From Negaprion brevirostris (taxonomy: Eukaryota): a DNA stretch of 64,000 bases. Positions 11,936 to 24,899 of the stretch are shown in pieces (position 1 is the first letter of the stretch; every line of letters starts with the position of its first letter). The translations under genes were made by a program, and so were the position numbers. The stretch spans positions 49,809,120-49,873,119 of the forward strand of contig JARDVH010000099.1 of assembly GCA_030324005.1 (NCBI GenBank). Direction: 5' to 3'. The notes under the pieces are model-generated. The model did not search any database. It was not told where the DNA came from and was given only the letters and a program-made list of their open reading frames with translations.

Positions 11936-13785
11936 GAACAAAATGGCGCTTACACATCTCCAAGCCACAAGTCATCAGGTCACCCATTCTCCCAGTTTCC
12001 TTTCATTTTCAACTGGACAATCCAATTATCTTTACTGTTGAATTCCTCTTCAGTCGGAAGTTTAGCCTCTTCCCTTCCATTTGCAATTAGCGCTGCCAGG
12101 CCACAACTCTTTGCATAATTCTCCTTGTCTCTCTTATCTGACAGGTGCTTGAGACCTGCACCCTCAGTGTTCATTCAAACTGTACGTATCGGGGCACAGC
12201 TTTTGCAGCGCCTGGTGCAGCTCAACCAGTTGCAGTTTTATTGTGTGTTTACCATGACATGACAAAAATAATTCTTGTCCACATACAAAGTGATATTGCA
12301 CTGTCAGCCTGCGAGTGAGTTACCCTTAATCTTTCTGTGATTTCCCTTCCAGAAAGTACTCACTTTATAGGGGAGGTTAATTATCTAGCAGTTGTATTAA
12401 CTTTCTAGACTCTTGATTCATGGTGACAGTGACTACTGGCATTGTCATTTCTTTCAATAAAAATATGCAAATAACATGAAGATTATGCAGCGGACAGATT
12501 AACAATGAGACGTACCATGCCCTGTGAAGGAGGGGGTGATGGCTGAGTGTGAAGGAGGTGGGCTGGGGGTGAAGAAGTGAGATGGGTGAATGAGAATGGA
12601 TGGGCNNNNNNNNNNAAGGTGTATGGTGCAGAGCGGGGTGGCAAGGAAGTAAGGGGATAGGGTTGAAGAAGGGGGATGGATTTAAGGAGGGTTGAGATGT
12701 GTTGAAGAGAGATGAGGGGTGAAGGGTGATGAACAGAAGATTACATGCCTCAGATCCCACCAGCCAGGGCTGGGATTTACAGGTGCACACCTCCAATTCC
12801 AGCCCGCCTATACTTTTTCAGATTTGAATTCCCAAACAGAGTGCCAACTGCCACATTCCATTCAGGCACCAAGAGCTGGGTTTCCCACTGATTCCATACT
12901 CACTGTGCAGATGTTTGGCCACATGCATCATGGGTAATGCCTGAACGTTTCCACAGCGCCTTTGCAGAACCCAGAGCTACTGTGGATCAGATAAAATCTG
13001 TCTTCCCATCTGTGCTTGGCTGACAACAGTGATTGACTTGTCAATTGTGGGTGGGTTTGCAATATATGTCTGTACCTGGTTGACTGTGAGAAACATCAAT
13101 CAGCGAGCATTCATATTGAGGGGGCCCCATGCCAGGGTATGGTGTGTTTCATTGCAAATCTGTTCCTCCTACCGACATTCCCCCACCCCGAACATGTCAT
13201 TGTTCACGTACTCATTTACTGGTTAATAAACTGATTGGTGGTTTACAGCCTAATCAAAGCAACCAGTGGAATTTTTATTCCACCACCTTCTTCAGTTAAG
13301 GAAAAGCAAATCAAGGCATATGATTTAAACAATAGCCAAGATGTAATGACGGGCATTTCTGGTGGTTGTATGGCCTAGATATTGGGCAAGAAAATGTACA
13401 AAGCAGTTTGTGGGAGCTGAGGGTTTACCTACAGAGCGTACTGAAAATTTGGACTGAAGAAAATATTAGGAGCAACAATCCAAATGCACTAACATCTCCG
13501 AAGAGCAGGCAGCTCAGTATTGCTGAAGTTCAACTGGAACAGGCACCTCTGAATCAGAAAAATTGTGTTTGTGGGAGTTTGTTGTATGCAAGCTGGCTGC
13601 GGTGTGTTCATGCGTCAAAACTTCAACAAGTATTTAACTGGCTGTACATTGCTTTCGAAACTCCCGTGTTCATGAAAGGTGCTATTTAAATTCAGAATTC
13701 CACGCCCCGCCCCCCCAAGGAGAATCTGACTGCAGTACCGTAGTACTTACCAGTAACAACAGTTCTGACCAAAAATCATCAGCGA

Positions 13786-13896
13786 CCTAAGACGTTAATT
13801 CAGCTTCTCTCCACAGACGCTGCCTGACCTGCTGTGTATTTTCAACACCGACTGTTGTTCGTTCAGATTTCCAGCATCTGCAGTGTTTTGCTTTTG
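13786..13896. mobile_element. Half copy of the shark fold-back (Penelope-derived) repeat
   Basis: ctctccacagacgctgcctgacctgctg...ttccagcatctgcagtgttttgcttt matches the arms at 33472, 55050 and 21108. Confidence 0.65.
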
Positions 13897-14159
13897 TGAT
13901 AGTATTTATCGCTTGAGCAAGATGAGTCTTATAACTTGCCAGTGACAAAATAATGGGTAGAACAAATACTGCACACGATCCCTTCATACTGAGGATGTTT
14001 TGTAGATTGCAAATAAAAAATATAATTCGATTAAATGTTAAGGTCATTATTCAACGCCCTCAATTGTATTGATGGTAGGCCCAATAAGGTTTAAGCACAA
14101 TTTTAAAAAAGATACATTTGCAAAGTCTTCAAACACTTGAGAAAAATATCATGAACCTT

Positions 14160-14700
14160 GTGTCATTGCGGAGAAATAAACCGTGCAGTTGTACACAAGG
14201 CACCGCATCAATGAAATAAATAATTGGTGGCTTTCACGATGTGTTGAAATCGACGAGTGCGGAAAAAAAGATTATTTATTAATACACATTTTCTCCGCTC
14301 CGCTCTCGGGCACGAAAGGTCGCCGGATTCTGAAGCTGCCGAACGTCAGAATCCAAAATGTTTTGATAAGGAACTCCTGCCAAAAGCAGCACGTGTTTTC
14401 CAACTCCCTCTGGAGTCTAAATAAAGTAGCGTTCCCTTTCCCTGTCGGATTATGGTGTGTGGGCAAACAACAAACTGTAATCTGTAACCTCAGAATCGTG
14501 CTGCTAGTAATCTGAAATCCACATGAAGGGGGTGGCACTGCACAACATTGTTACAAAAATATGAATTATTGTACGGGTTATCCATCTGGAACGTCCTGTG
14601 TGCAGTCGGTGATAAGAGGTGTCCAATGTTAATAAACAGGTTTCCTCTACACCTCATCAGCGCCTTCCTTTTCTAAGCAATTGTTCCTTTAATGTTTTGG
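14160..14700. promoter_or_regulatory. Candidate upstream PROX1 enhancer in a CpG-retaining island
   Basis: Repeat-free and CpG-rich relative to its flanks. TGATAAG (14364, 14610), AATAAACA (14631), TTTCC (14397, 14641), CACGTG (14390). Confidence 0.45.
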
Positions 14701-16369
14701 TGTGTTTTTCCATTTACTCAGAATTGCGCCTCTGGGGTTGATGCAAGATTATTCGGTCGCGCGTTTCAAAAATAAGTGCCAAGAATGGAGACACCTGTTT
14801 TGGAAAGAGTCTAGCGCTAAAAATGAATATAAAATAATCGTTACAGTCCGGAGTGACCGCAGGGAGAATTGTTATTTACTTCCATTTTGGAAACTGGTGC
14901 AATCGCTTTCTGATCAACATTGTATTTACTTTGGCAAATTGCAACCGAATAGGAAAATCCATGTAGGAAAATTAGAGACAAAACAAAAAAAAACCACATG
15001 GTCAGAGTGGAGCAATAAGAAAGACCCCGAAAGTTAGTTTTATTTTAAAAAGGGTTTTTAAAAAAGACAATTGAGATCTTAAATAATGAAAATGGTGGAA
15101 GAAAAGAAATTAATCTGGCCGAGCAGAAAATGAATAACTCCTCAGATAATAATCGAATTTGTGAGATGAGATGAAAATTCAATTTATCTTTTTCTTTTGC
15201 ATTTCTATATATGCATGCTGAAACCGTAAACACATTATCAGAGGTAACTGGATTCGATTACCTAATTTATCTGTTCTGCGACACATTGTACTCTGTCACA
15301 ATAACCAAGAAACCCTCGAAGTTATGCGTCTCGCAATCTACTTACTGGAAATATCCTCCTTTTGGAAGAAAGGAGGAGACTGCTTGAGTTTTTCGATTAC
15401 ATTATCCACTCGGTAACATTCATTTTCGACAAGCCCATGTTCTCCAATTCCGATATATTAAAAAAAACTTTGACGTGCTGTACAAAATTGCGAACAACTG
15501 AGCTTGCAGCTTCAGAGCAGGAAGAAATTTTATTTAAAGAAGTAATTGAATAGTCTTACCAGTTATTTCAGTGTGGGTTAGTAAAGCAGTTGGGTTATAT
15601 CTCTAACTCTATATTTCTTCAAATAATCCAGCTAACTGTAGTTGGAGGGGGCAGGGGCTGATTTTGGGAAAAGAAAATAAAGTGATTGTATTTCTTAAAA
15701 TCTTCTAACTTGAAGTCATATGGAATCACTCCATTATTTTTTGTACAACTCAAAACTTTATATTTACATTGAAGTCACTGTAAGGCAATTTTAAAAACCT
15801 ACAACTGTTAGGAGTGTTGTTCAAAACAATGTTTAGTCAGAATATTGCCTAGAGAACACAGAATACATTTCCATTCTTCACAAACAAATCTATTCAAATT
15901 TATGTGTGAGTAATGAACAAAAAGCAACTGCTATATGAAGGCGACATTATAAAATATTCCCTGACAGCATTACTGACCTGCATTGAAGTTAGTTAAAGTA
16001 TGAACACTTTAACCAGTCTGTGTATTTTCTTTATAGATACTTTATAATGTTCATTGCTATTGAAACATGTAAATGATTAAAGAAGTTGAATTTTATTTTT
16101 CTTTACTCAATTCTTAAAGTTAAAAAAAAATCAATGCACAGACTAGACAGGACAAGCCTGAATCCATCTTCTTGCTTGCTCCAAAAAATGATTCCAATCC
16201 AAATGGAACCCAACTCATGGTCTCCACAAGAGAGACGAACAAGATCCAAGCTGACAAGAAAAGGCATTGCACCTGATCTTGGGCTTGATCTGATGCTTGA
16301 TCTTAGCCAAAGACTGAGAAATTGATAGAAAAGATGAGAAAAAAGCTAAAAAGAAAGGCATGTTTATGT

Positions 16370-16775
16370 AACATTTTTTGCAACCACTGGACATCAAAAG
16401 CACTTTACGGTCATTTATGAAGGATAGTCACTGTTGTCATGTAGCAAAGATGGCAGCCAATTTGTGCAAAGTCCCACAAACAGCAATATGTTAATGACCA
16501 GATAGTATGTTGTTTGTGATGTTGACTGAGGAATGAACATTGGCCAGGATACCATGGAAAGCTCCACTGCTATTCTCCAGAACAGGGTCAAGGGATTTAT
16601 TACATCCACCAAGGAGCCAGAAGGGGCTTTGGTTAAACATCTGATCTGAAAGGTAACACAGCATTCCCTCAGTTGTGCACCTGAGGGTCAGCCTTGATTT
16701 TTGTGGTTAAGCCCTGGTATAGGACTCAAATGTGCCTCACAGGCAAGAATGCCATCATCTGAGCCATAACTGACA
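16370..16775 (-). mobile_element. Old Deu-domain-like SINE; related decayed copies at ~1780-1985, 7660-7800, 13480-13690, 19240-19690, 35975-36260, 45065-45285
   Basis: Recurrent core gtcactgttgtaatgtagga...gcagccaatttgtgcacagcaa...cccacaaacagcaat and tail (a)aggcgctatataaatgcaa. Family name is from recognition only. Confidence 0.6.
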
Positions 16776-16984
16776 AATAGAGAGGGGTGATTTCCTCTGG
16801 TGGGCGAGTCCAGAACAAACTAACTGGCATAACGTTAAAATCCAATCTGGGCCATTTATGGACTGGTATCTGAAAGCACTTCTTCATCTAAACGGTATGG
16901 AAAATCTAGAATCTACTCAGCCAAAGAGCTGCTGGGCTAGGTCAATTGAAAATATCAAAAAACAAGACTAATAGAACATGGTTA

Positions 16985-17535
16985 TTTGATTTGATTTGAT
17001 TTATTGTTGTCACATGTATTAGTATACAGTGAAAAGTATTGTTTCTTAAGCACAATACAGACAAACCTACNNNNNNNNNNNNNNNNNNNNNNNNNNNNNN
17101 NNNNNNGACTGTGCAGAATGTAGTGTTACAGTCATAGCTAGGGTGCAGAGAAAGATCAACTTAATGCAAGGTAGATCCTTTCAAAAGTCTGATGGCAGCA
17201 GGGAAGAAGCTGTTCTTGAGTCAGTTGGTATGAGATCTCAGACTTTTGCATCTTTTTCCCGATGGAAGAAGGTGAAAGAGAGTGCGTCCAGGGTGCGTGG
17301 GGCCCTTGATTATGCTGGCTGCTTTTCCGAGGCGGCAGGAAGTGTAGACAAAGTCAATAGACTGGTTTGAGTGGTGGACTGGACTTCATTCACAATCCTC
17401 AGTAGTTTCTTGTGGTCTTGGACAGAGCAGAAGCCATACCAAGCTGTGATACAACAGGAAAGAATGCTTTCCATGGTGCATCTGTAAAAGTTGGTGACAG
17501 TTGTAGCAGGCATACCAAATTTCCTTAAATTTATC
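16985..17535 (-). mobile_element. Rex1/Babar-clade LINE 3' end, inserted in a + strand CR1 3' fragment (~16780-17645)
   Basis: LRKFGM...TNFYRCTMESILSCCITAWYG motif and (ATTTG)n tail at 16985-17002. Confidence 0.8.
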
Positions 17536-17989
17536 AAGAGTTGCAGAACCAAGACAAGTCAATGGAGTTAAGATACAGATCTGCCATGGTTTAATTGAAT
17601 GCTAAAAGAGGCTCAAGGGGCAGAATGTACTATTCCTATTCCTGTTGCCTATAATTGCAGATATATATGACAGTTTGCAAACATGCAAAATCAAGGTCTG
17701 ACCTAGCCATGGAAAGAAGTCCCTAGTGGGATAATCTCAGGAGTCACATTGGTTTGACAACATATGCAGCGTAAATCAGTGCCTTAATAATCTGCTTTAC
17801 TAAATGCCCTGAACATTTGTAGGAACATCTGACTTCATTTAACATTCTGTGACAAATTCTCAATGGATAGGAAACATGGAGTTACTGAAAGGCAGCATTA
17901 ATGGAATAGGGTCTAACTGGAACCCATTTCACAACTACCAGACTGAGATTGGTATCTGCAGTACAAAGGAAATGGGATTTAGAGTGAAC

Positions 17990-18760
17990 AATATCATAGA
18001 ACCATAGATCTGCACAACAGTGAAGCCCACAGAGTCTGACAGCTCTTTAAAGGAGCAATGCAGTTAGTCCTATACCTTGATTCTTTCCCCATGTATTGGA
18101 ATGTTTTCTCCTTTAAGTAATTATCCAATTCCCTAATGAAGGCTACTTTTGAATCTGTGTCCACCAACCTATCCAGTAGGGTATTCCAAATCCTAACCAC
18201 TTGTTGCATGAAAAGGTTTTTCCTCATGTCATCTCTTGTCCTTTTGCTAATTACATTAAATCTGTGTTCCTCTGGTTACTGATCCTTCAGCCATTAGAAA
18301 CAGTTTATCCTTATTTACTCTGTGTAAACCCTTCGTGATTTTAAACACCTTGATCATATCTCCTCTTAGCCTGCTCTACTCTAAGCAATATGAGCAAATA
18401 ATCCCCAAACTGACACCAGAATGACTAATTTGGAAATATGAAAAGTGGATAAAAGAGGAACATAGAAGTAGATTAGATGATTAAATAATGGCTGACTGCT
18501 ACAATCCCATATTCCCACTCTTGCTCTACATCCTTTAATAACCTTATTTAACAAAAACCTATCAATTTCAATGTTGAAAGCTGCAACTGTCCTATCATTC
18601 ACAACCTTTTGAGGAGACAATTCCAGATTACTTCTACCCTTGTTGTGATCAAGGGCTTTCTGATCGCATTGCTGAATGGCCAAACTCTAATTTTAAGATA
18701 ACACCCCATTACTTTTGATTCCCTATCAGAGTAAATAGTCTATCCTTTCACATCTTTTTC
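17990..18760 (-). mobile_element. Two CR1 LINE 3' fragments
   Basis: RKNLFMQQVVRIWNTL...FIRELDNYL and KVVN...FNIEIDRFL C-terminal CR1 motifs with catagaa tails. Confidence 0.8.
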
Positions 18761-18788
18761 ACTATGTTGAATACTTTGCACAGAACAT

Positions 18789-19128
18789 GGGGTGGCATGG
18801 TTGTGTGGGGCGGTTTGCTGGCATGATGGTTAGCACTGCTGCCTCACAACGCCAGGGTCCCAGGTTCAATTCCAGCCTCGGGTCACTGTCTGTGTAGAGT
18901 TTGCACATTCTCCCCATGTCTGCGTGGGTTTCCTCTGGGTGCTCTGGTTTCCTCCCACAGTCAAAGTTAGGTTGATTGGCTATGCTAAATTCCCCTAGTG
19001 TCAGGGGGATTAGCAGGGTAAATGCATGGGTTGTAGGAATGGTGGTCTGTACAGGGTACTGATTGGGATTGCGGTTGGTACAGACTCCATGGACAAAATG
19101 GCCTCTTTCTGTACTGTAGGGATTCTAA
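18789..19128 (+). mobile_element. HE1-like tRNA-derived SINE
   Basis: tggttagcactgctgcctcac...ggttcaattcc...gagtttgcacattctccccatgtctgcgtgggtttcc core and CR1-type tail. Confidence 0.9.
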
Positions 19129-21072
19129 GAACGTGTTTCAGCCATCTATATGCAACAGAGGAGTATAGAACAGATCCTGTATTTATTACAGTCCCTATCA
19201 CAAGCTCAAGATTTCGCAAAACACTTCCCAAGAACAAAGTACTATTGCATTATAGGAAATGTGGCAGCAAATTTGTGCAAAGCAAGATTCCACAAATAGC
19301 AATGATGTTGGTTGAGGGATCGATATTGGCTAGGACACTGCAGAGAACCCCACCGTTCTACTTTAAAATGGTGCCATAAAAAGAAGAAAGATTTACATTT
19401 ATATAACACATTTTATGACCTTGGAGTGTCTCAAGCGCCTTACAGCTTTGAAGTATAGTTACTTTTGGAATGTAGGAAATGCAACAGTCAATTTGTGCAC
19501 AGCAAGCTCCCCCAAACAGCATAGTGATGATTTATTTGTATGTTGTTCTTTGGGGATAAAAATTGGATTTTTAACGTCCATCTAACAGGACTTCAATTCA
19601 ACATCTTATCAGGGAAACACCTCCTCCAATATTGCAACACTCTTTCAGTACTGTACTTGAATGTCATTCCATGCCTTATGCTCATGTTTCAAGTTTATAT
19701 AAAACTAGAATTCTAGGTAGCATTGTAGTAAATTTGTGCTGCATCCTCTCAAAGGCTAATAAATCCTTCCTGACATATGCTATACCAAAAAACACAGTCT
19801 GCCACAAAGCACAGCATTCCACAAAATATGTTGTGGATAATCTAATAACATGGGTAGCAAAGTAACAAATAAGTCACCTAAAGATACTTAAGCAGTTGAA
19901 GAAAAAACACATCTTTTGTGCAACTGCAAAAATGAAGTTGATAATAAATAAAATCTTTAAGTGCAGATATGAAAATAAAATTCTCAATGCTAGAGAAAGA
20001 AGACTTTACGTTATCTAAGTTATGCTATTATTGACATATGCTAAAAAATAGTTTCACAGAACACTGACAAATGAAAAGATCTTTGAAACAGCATAAGAAA
20101 AGAGAGATATTAAGGCTGACCTTGATGAGAAAATATGGCAGCATGTGGGCACATTATCCAGATGTCATAATAAAGGCAGGTGCCTCAGCCCGAAGACATG
20201 AGGTAAACTGCATGCCTTGACAGTCCATCACCTTAAACTCATCAAAGCATTATTAGAATAACCACTCACTGCACTGCACCACATGTTGCTGGCAATAGCC
20301 CAGAAATGCAGGACGTGTCACTAAGATCCAGTGGGCTCTATATATACTGAAACAGAGATGCCAGTAAGAAAATTTGTGCATAGAACAAATGAGAACCAAA
20401 AATGGAGTCCCACATGAAGACAAACTATTCCTTGTGTTTTTTTAAAAACGTTAATTCAATACTCTCAGCATTTTCAAGAGCACGGTTTTTGTTCATCCAC
20501 TTCCAGATTCCAAATTATATCTACGTTCAGAGATTGAAATAGGTAATATTAGTTGCACTACCTTACTTGTTTCATACTGTGTTTTTTTTAAATTTCCCAA
20601 TGCATTTTCTATTACAATTCTTGCCTAATCCAATGCATGGATAGGATTGAAAGCAATGTGTCAAACTATTCATTAATTATTTATTTAATGTTTTTATGGG
20701 GGGGGGAGGAATTTTATACTTAATCATAGAAGTGCCATTCTTGAGGGATGTTAAAGAACTTCTACTTTGTCACAAGGTGGTGCAGTCAGACTAGGCTAGC
20801 GTGGGTTAAATGGGCTAGAGCAATTTACCAATTTCAGAAGCTGCCTCCCTACTTCACGAAAGATATTTACTATCAGCCATCTTGATTACATTAACAACCC
20901 AGAGAACTACAAGAGGCAATCGTGGATAATGGCATGAGAAGCACCTGTAGGTGGGAAAGTATTCACAAATTAAAGTTTAGTTTGAGTAGATTCTGTGATG
21001 ATAGATTAGGTCTCCACATTTCAAATCTGCATCAACTAAGGATTCTGTGATTCTATGATTGAAATGTTCCTT

Positions 21073-21487
21073 GGGATGGCATGGTACCACAGTGGTTAGC
21101 ACAGGTTAAAAGCAAATTACTGCAGGAGCTGGAATCTGAAACCAAAAGAGAAAATCTCAGCAGGTCTGGCAGCATCTATAAGGAGAGAAAAGAGCTGATG
21201 TTTCGAGTCCAGATGACCACTTGTCGNNNNNNNNNNNNNNNNNNNNNNNNNNNNNNNNNNNNNNNNNNNNNNNNNNNNNNNNNNNNNNNNNNNNNNNNNN
21301 NNNNNNNNNNNNNNNNNNNNNNNNNNNNNNNNNNNNNNNNNNNNNNNNNNNNNNNNNNNNNNNNNNNNNNNNNNNNNNNNNNNNNNNNNNNNNNNNNNNN
21401 NNNNNNNNCTAGGGGAATTTCACAGTAACTTCATTGCAGTGTTAATGTAAGCCTTACTTGTGACTAATAAATAAACTTTAAACTTTT
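21073..21487 (+). mobile_element. Gapped HE1-like SINE with an inserted fold-back repeat (21108-21226)
   Basis: SINE head at 21073-21102, fold-back arm, N gap, then tail cacagtaacttcattgcagtgttaatgtaagc...aataaataaacttt. Confidence 0.7.
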
Positions 21488-24400
21488 TAAATTGTACCTC
21501 AGGATCAAAATGAGTACCTTTGGGCTTTGTAAAGCTGGGGCAAACGAGTATTCACACGGGCGTCAGTAACAAGTCGTGTGGCAATCAAACATTCCACATC
21601 CTCGGGCTGCTGGAGTTCTCATTTGGACGAAGAAATGCACTTTCTGGTCATTGAACGTCGGTTCTGATGCAGAAGCAGATGGCCTACAAAATAAGACCAT
21701 GCGAGCCCTGATTGGAATTGTTTCCTAATTCATGTCCCATGCACAAACTCCACGCAACAATTTATTTCAAATTTTCAGTGAAAGTGAAATTTTAAAATAT
21801 TTTTTCATTGCGCAAAGTAACAGTCAACGTGACCAGCGAAAATCTATTAAGTACATAGCTATGGGGGTTTGCGTTCAACTGACCATTTCACTACAGTGAC
21901 AGAGTGAGGTACAGCATAACAATCTGATCAGGCGGTCCCGTATTATTTTAAATCAATTGCCGGGAAGAAATACTTACGTAAGTGAACAATTTGCAAACCA
22001 TGGCTATAAAATGCAGCGTGCAGCTTTCAAATGAAACCTGTAGAACATTATAAAATCTCAAGTGAATAAACCTTGGCTCCTCCAAACCGAAAGGTACTGA
22101 ATATAATAGACGAAGTCATTGAATGTTGCTCTGATTAGAAATGCCTGGACACCGAATTCCTAAAACGCAAGCTGGTAGGAGTCGAGAATGAATCCGGGAG
22201 AGAAATAGCCATAGACTTTACACTTCTGAAATTATCATGCAATTAACCATCAGCATTATAATTTATACCAAATTCATGCTATTGAACATTTTGGAGCTAA
22301 TAGATGGGTACGCTTTTACAATAGCGGCAACGTTGAACTGCCTGGCGTTTCTAGATTAGTAGTCTACTTATGATGTCTTCTTCCTAAACATGTATTTAAT
22401 AATAGTCATGTTTAGCGCTACTTCTATTGCCAGGTACACGTTAAAAGATGACCGCTCCCCCTAACAGGCACGTTATCTAGCAACTACTTATCTACCTTAC
22501 CTTCGGGTTGCTTACCTCTACCATCTTCTGCTTGCACAACATGGAGTTCATGCTCATGAATTTAAAGTATAATTTTTCAATTTTCTTTTTAATAGAAACA
22601 TAGAAACTAAAATCAGGAGTAGGCCATTCGGCCACAATGTATATAGTAATGTAGTCATCTGTATATCTAGGTATATTATGTCTTGAACCAGCGAAAACAT
22701 AACCTGGATTTTAAAATTACACTTCGAAAGAAAAACTGTTCTATTGTAATGTTGAACAATACGTGCAACTAGTGTCAAACTAATCCTGAAATACATTCAT
22801 CACTAATATGTTTGCCTGATTGACATAAATGCAATGACATGATCTCTATGGTCATCTAACATGAAAAGGTGAAATGATCTAACCAAATATGACGAGACGC
22901 CCCACATACTAAAAAAGCAGAGTCCTTCCTAACAAACCATCATTTTAAGCAATAAGTCTCAATATCCTTAACGTATCCAAAAAATTATTCAGCGTGAAAA
23001 TGATTTTAAAACAAGTTAGGTGATACTTATTGTGTTTTTTTTCATTATTTCAAATCGGTAAATGGTTATTCGATCAGATTATTGTTTTTGGATGGCATGA
23101 CACAGTAAACGGTGCCAACCGGATTTGAAGACCCATCACTTTCGCGGTATGCAGAAGTTAGAGTTGACACCGGTAACTATCACTTCACTTTCTCGTGTTG
23201 ACGTCAAGTTATAGTCTATATGCAAAGGTGTCCAAAATAACCTGACGAACAAAAACGCTACAATCATCAGGGGAGACTGGTAAAGTTGCAATCCACCACT
23301 TCAAAAATTGGCATGATTTTTACTCAGTGCTTCTGATAAGATTTTGTTAAATTTAGTAATTAGAAACTATGTTAATTTCTCATGAGTTTTATTCTATTGG
23401 TCTGTATTTCTAGCATTAGGTAGATAGATACACTAAAAAGCATTTGTTCTGCACATATCATAAACCATTGACAGGCATGCCTTAGTCATTAAAAGTTGAA
23501 TTCCGATATACACTAACACCCTTTAAGATCAATAAAATTGGCACGCTATCGAAATCTATTTCAATACTTGGAACTGTGTTCTTCTTTGACAGCGCCATAT
23601 GTCAAATAGAATAAATAACTGTCCCTCCTAATGATTGATATTTGACAGGTCTGGAATAAGGAGTGGCAGAAAAACCCTATCCCACTTGTGTTTATAACGC
23701 CTATGATTAATATTTCTCAGTATAGAAGTGTGGCACTCGCAGCGTCAGGAGGTAATTTTAGTTACTTGTAAACCTAATAGGGCTTTAGGTAAAATAAAAC
23801 ATTTGTGATGAGATGCCATTTTAAGCAAAATATTTTAGGGGTTAGANNNNNNNCTTGTTACAACTTCTAACATGGCAAAACTTCCCTAAAAGTAATCTCA
23901 CTTAGCAGGTGTGATATAACTGATTTCCTGCTTATTTCACTCTCCCTCTTCATCACCACATTCTATTACATCCAGGGTCCAAGACACATATATCCATCTG
24001 GTAGGAATTCTGCGAAGTCTTTGATTTGTTATCAGAAGATTTGTCGCAGTCTATAGCCACGATGATGAATGTTATCAAATTGTACCGTAAATAACAAGTC
24101 CGTGGGTTTTATTATAATAAGTGTACAAGCCAGGCAGAAAGTAACTTGTGGTTAACTGTACTCGTCGGCTAGCGCCACAAAAGTACCAATATTAAGGACT
24201 CGACTAAAAAAGTGCCTCCCCGTCTCGCCAAATAACTAACGTATGAACACTGCTGTGTGCTTTGCGGGACCCTTGATTTTTTTTCTAATCTTAGGAACAT
24301 TAACAACTAAGACGTTGATTAAACAGGATGACATCAGTATAAATCGAGAACTATTGGGTTCGGATGTACAGATTGCAGAACGCAAAAAAGTTACCTAACC

Positions 24401-24899
24401 TTTCTGTTATTTTCACTGGTCCTACTGCATGCCTCCAGCTTCGGTGCTACCGTCCCATGAAAACTCACTTGTGGCTTTTAGAGCCTAGTTTTAGATTGGA
24501 AACAGTGACACATCCCATATGGGGAGGGGGAGTTAACCCCCTTGCAGCACCTTTGTTTCATCTTCACTTCCAACTTTCCCTACCACATATTAGACATGAG
24601 TTCCCGAGGAGTCCGGAAGCTGGGATGAATATTGATTGCGCATCTTTTGTTTTGTTTTCCGACGCTACTTTGGCTCATTTTTCTGAGAAGTCGAGACACA
24701 AATGTGCGTGTGGTCAGTAATTTTGAGAGCAGGTTTTCTTTTTGGTGAAGGGGGCGGTGGTAGGAATGAGAGATACAGCTTGTCATCTGGTGTTGGCAAT
24801 GCTGCGAGTCGAATGGAGAGGAAAAAAAACCTTTTTTTCTTTCTATATGTGTACAATGAAAGGATATTGTCTCGAAAGCCAAAGTTGCCAATTGCTGAG

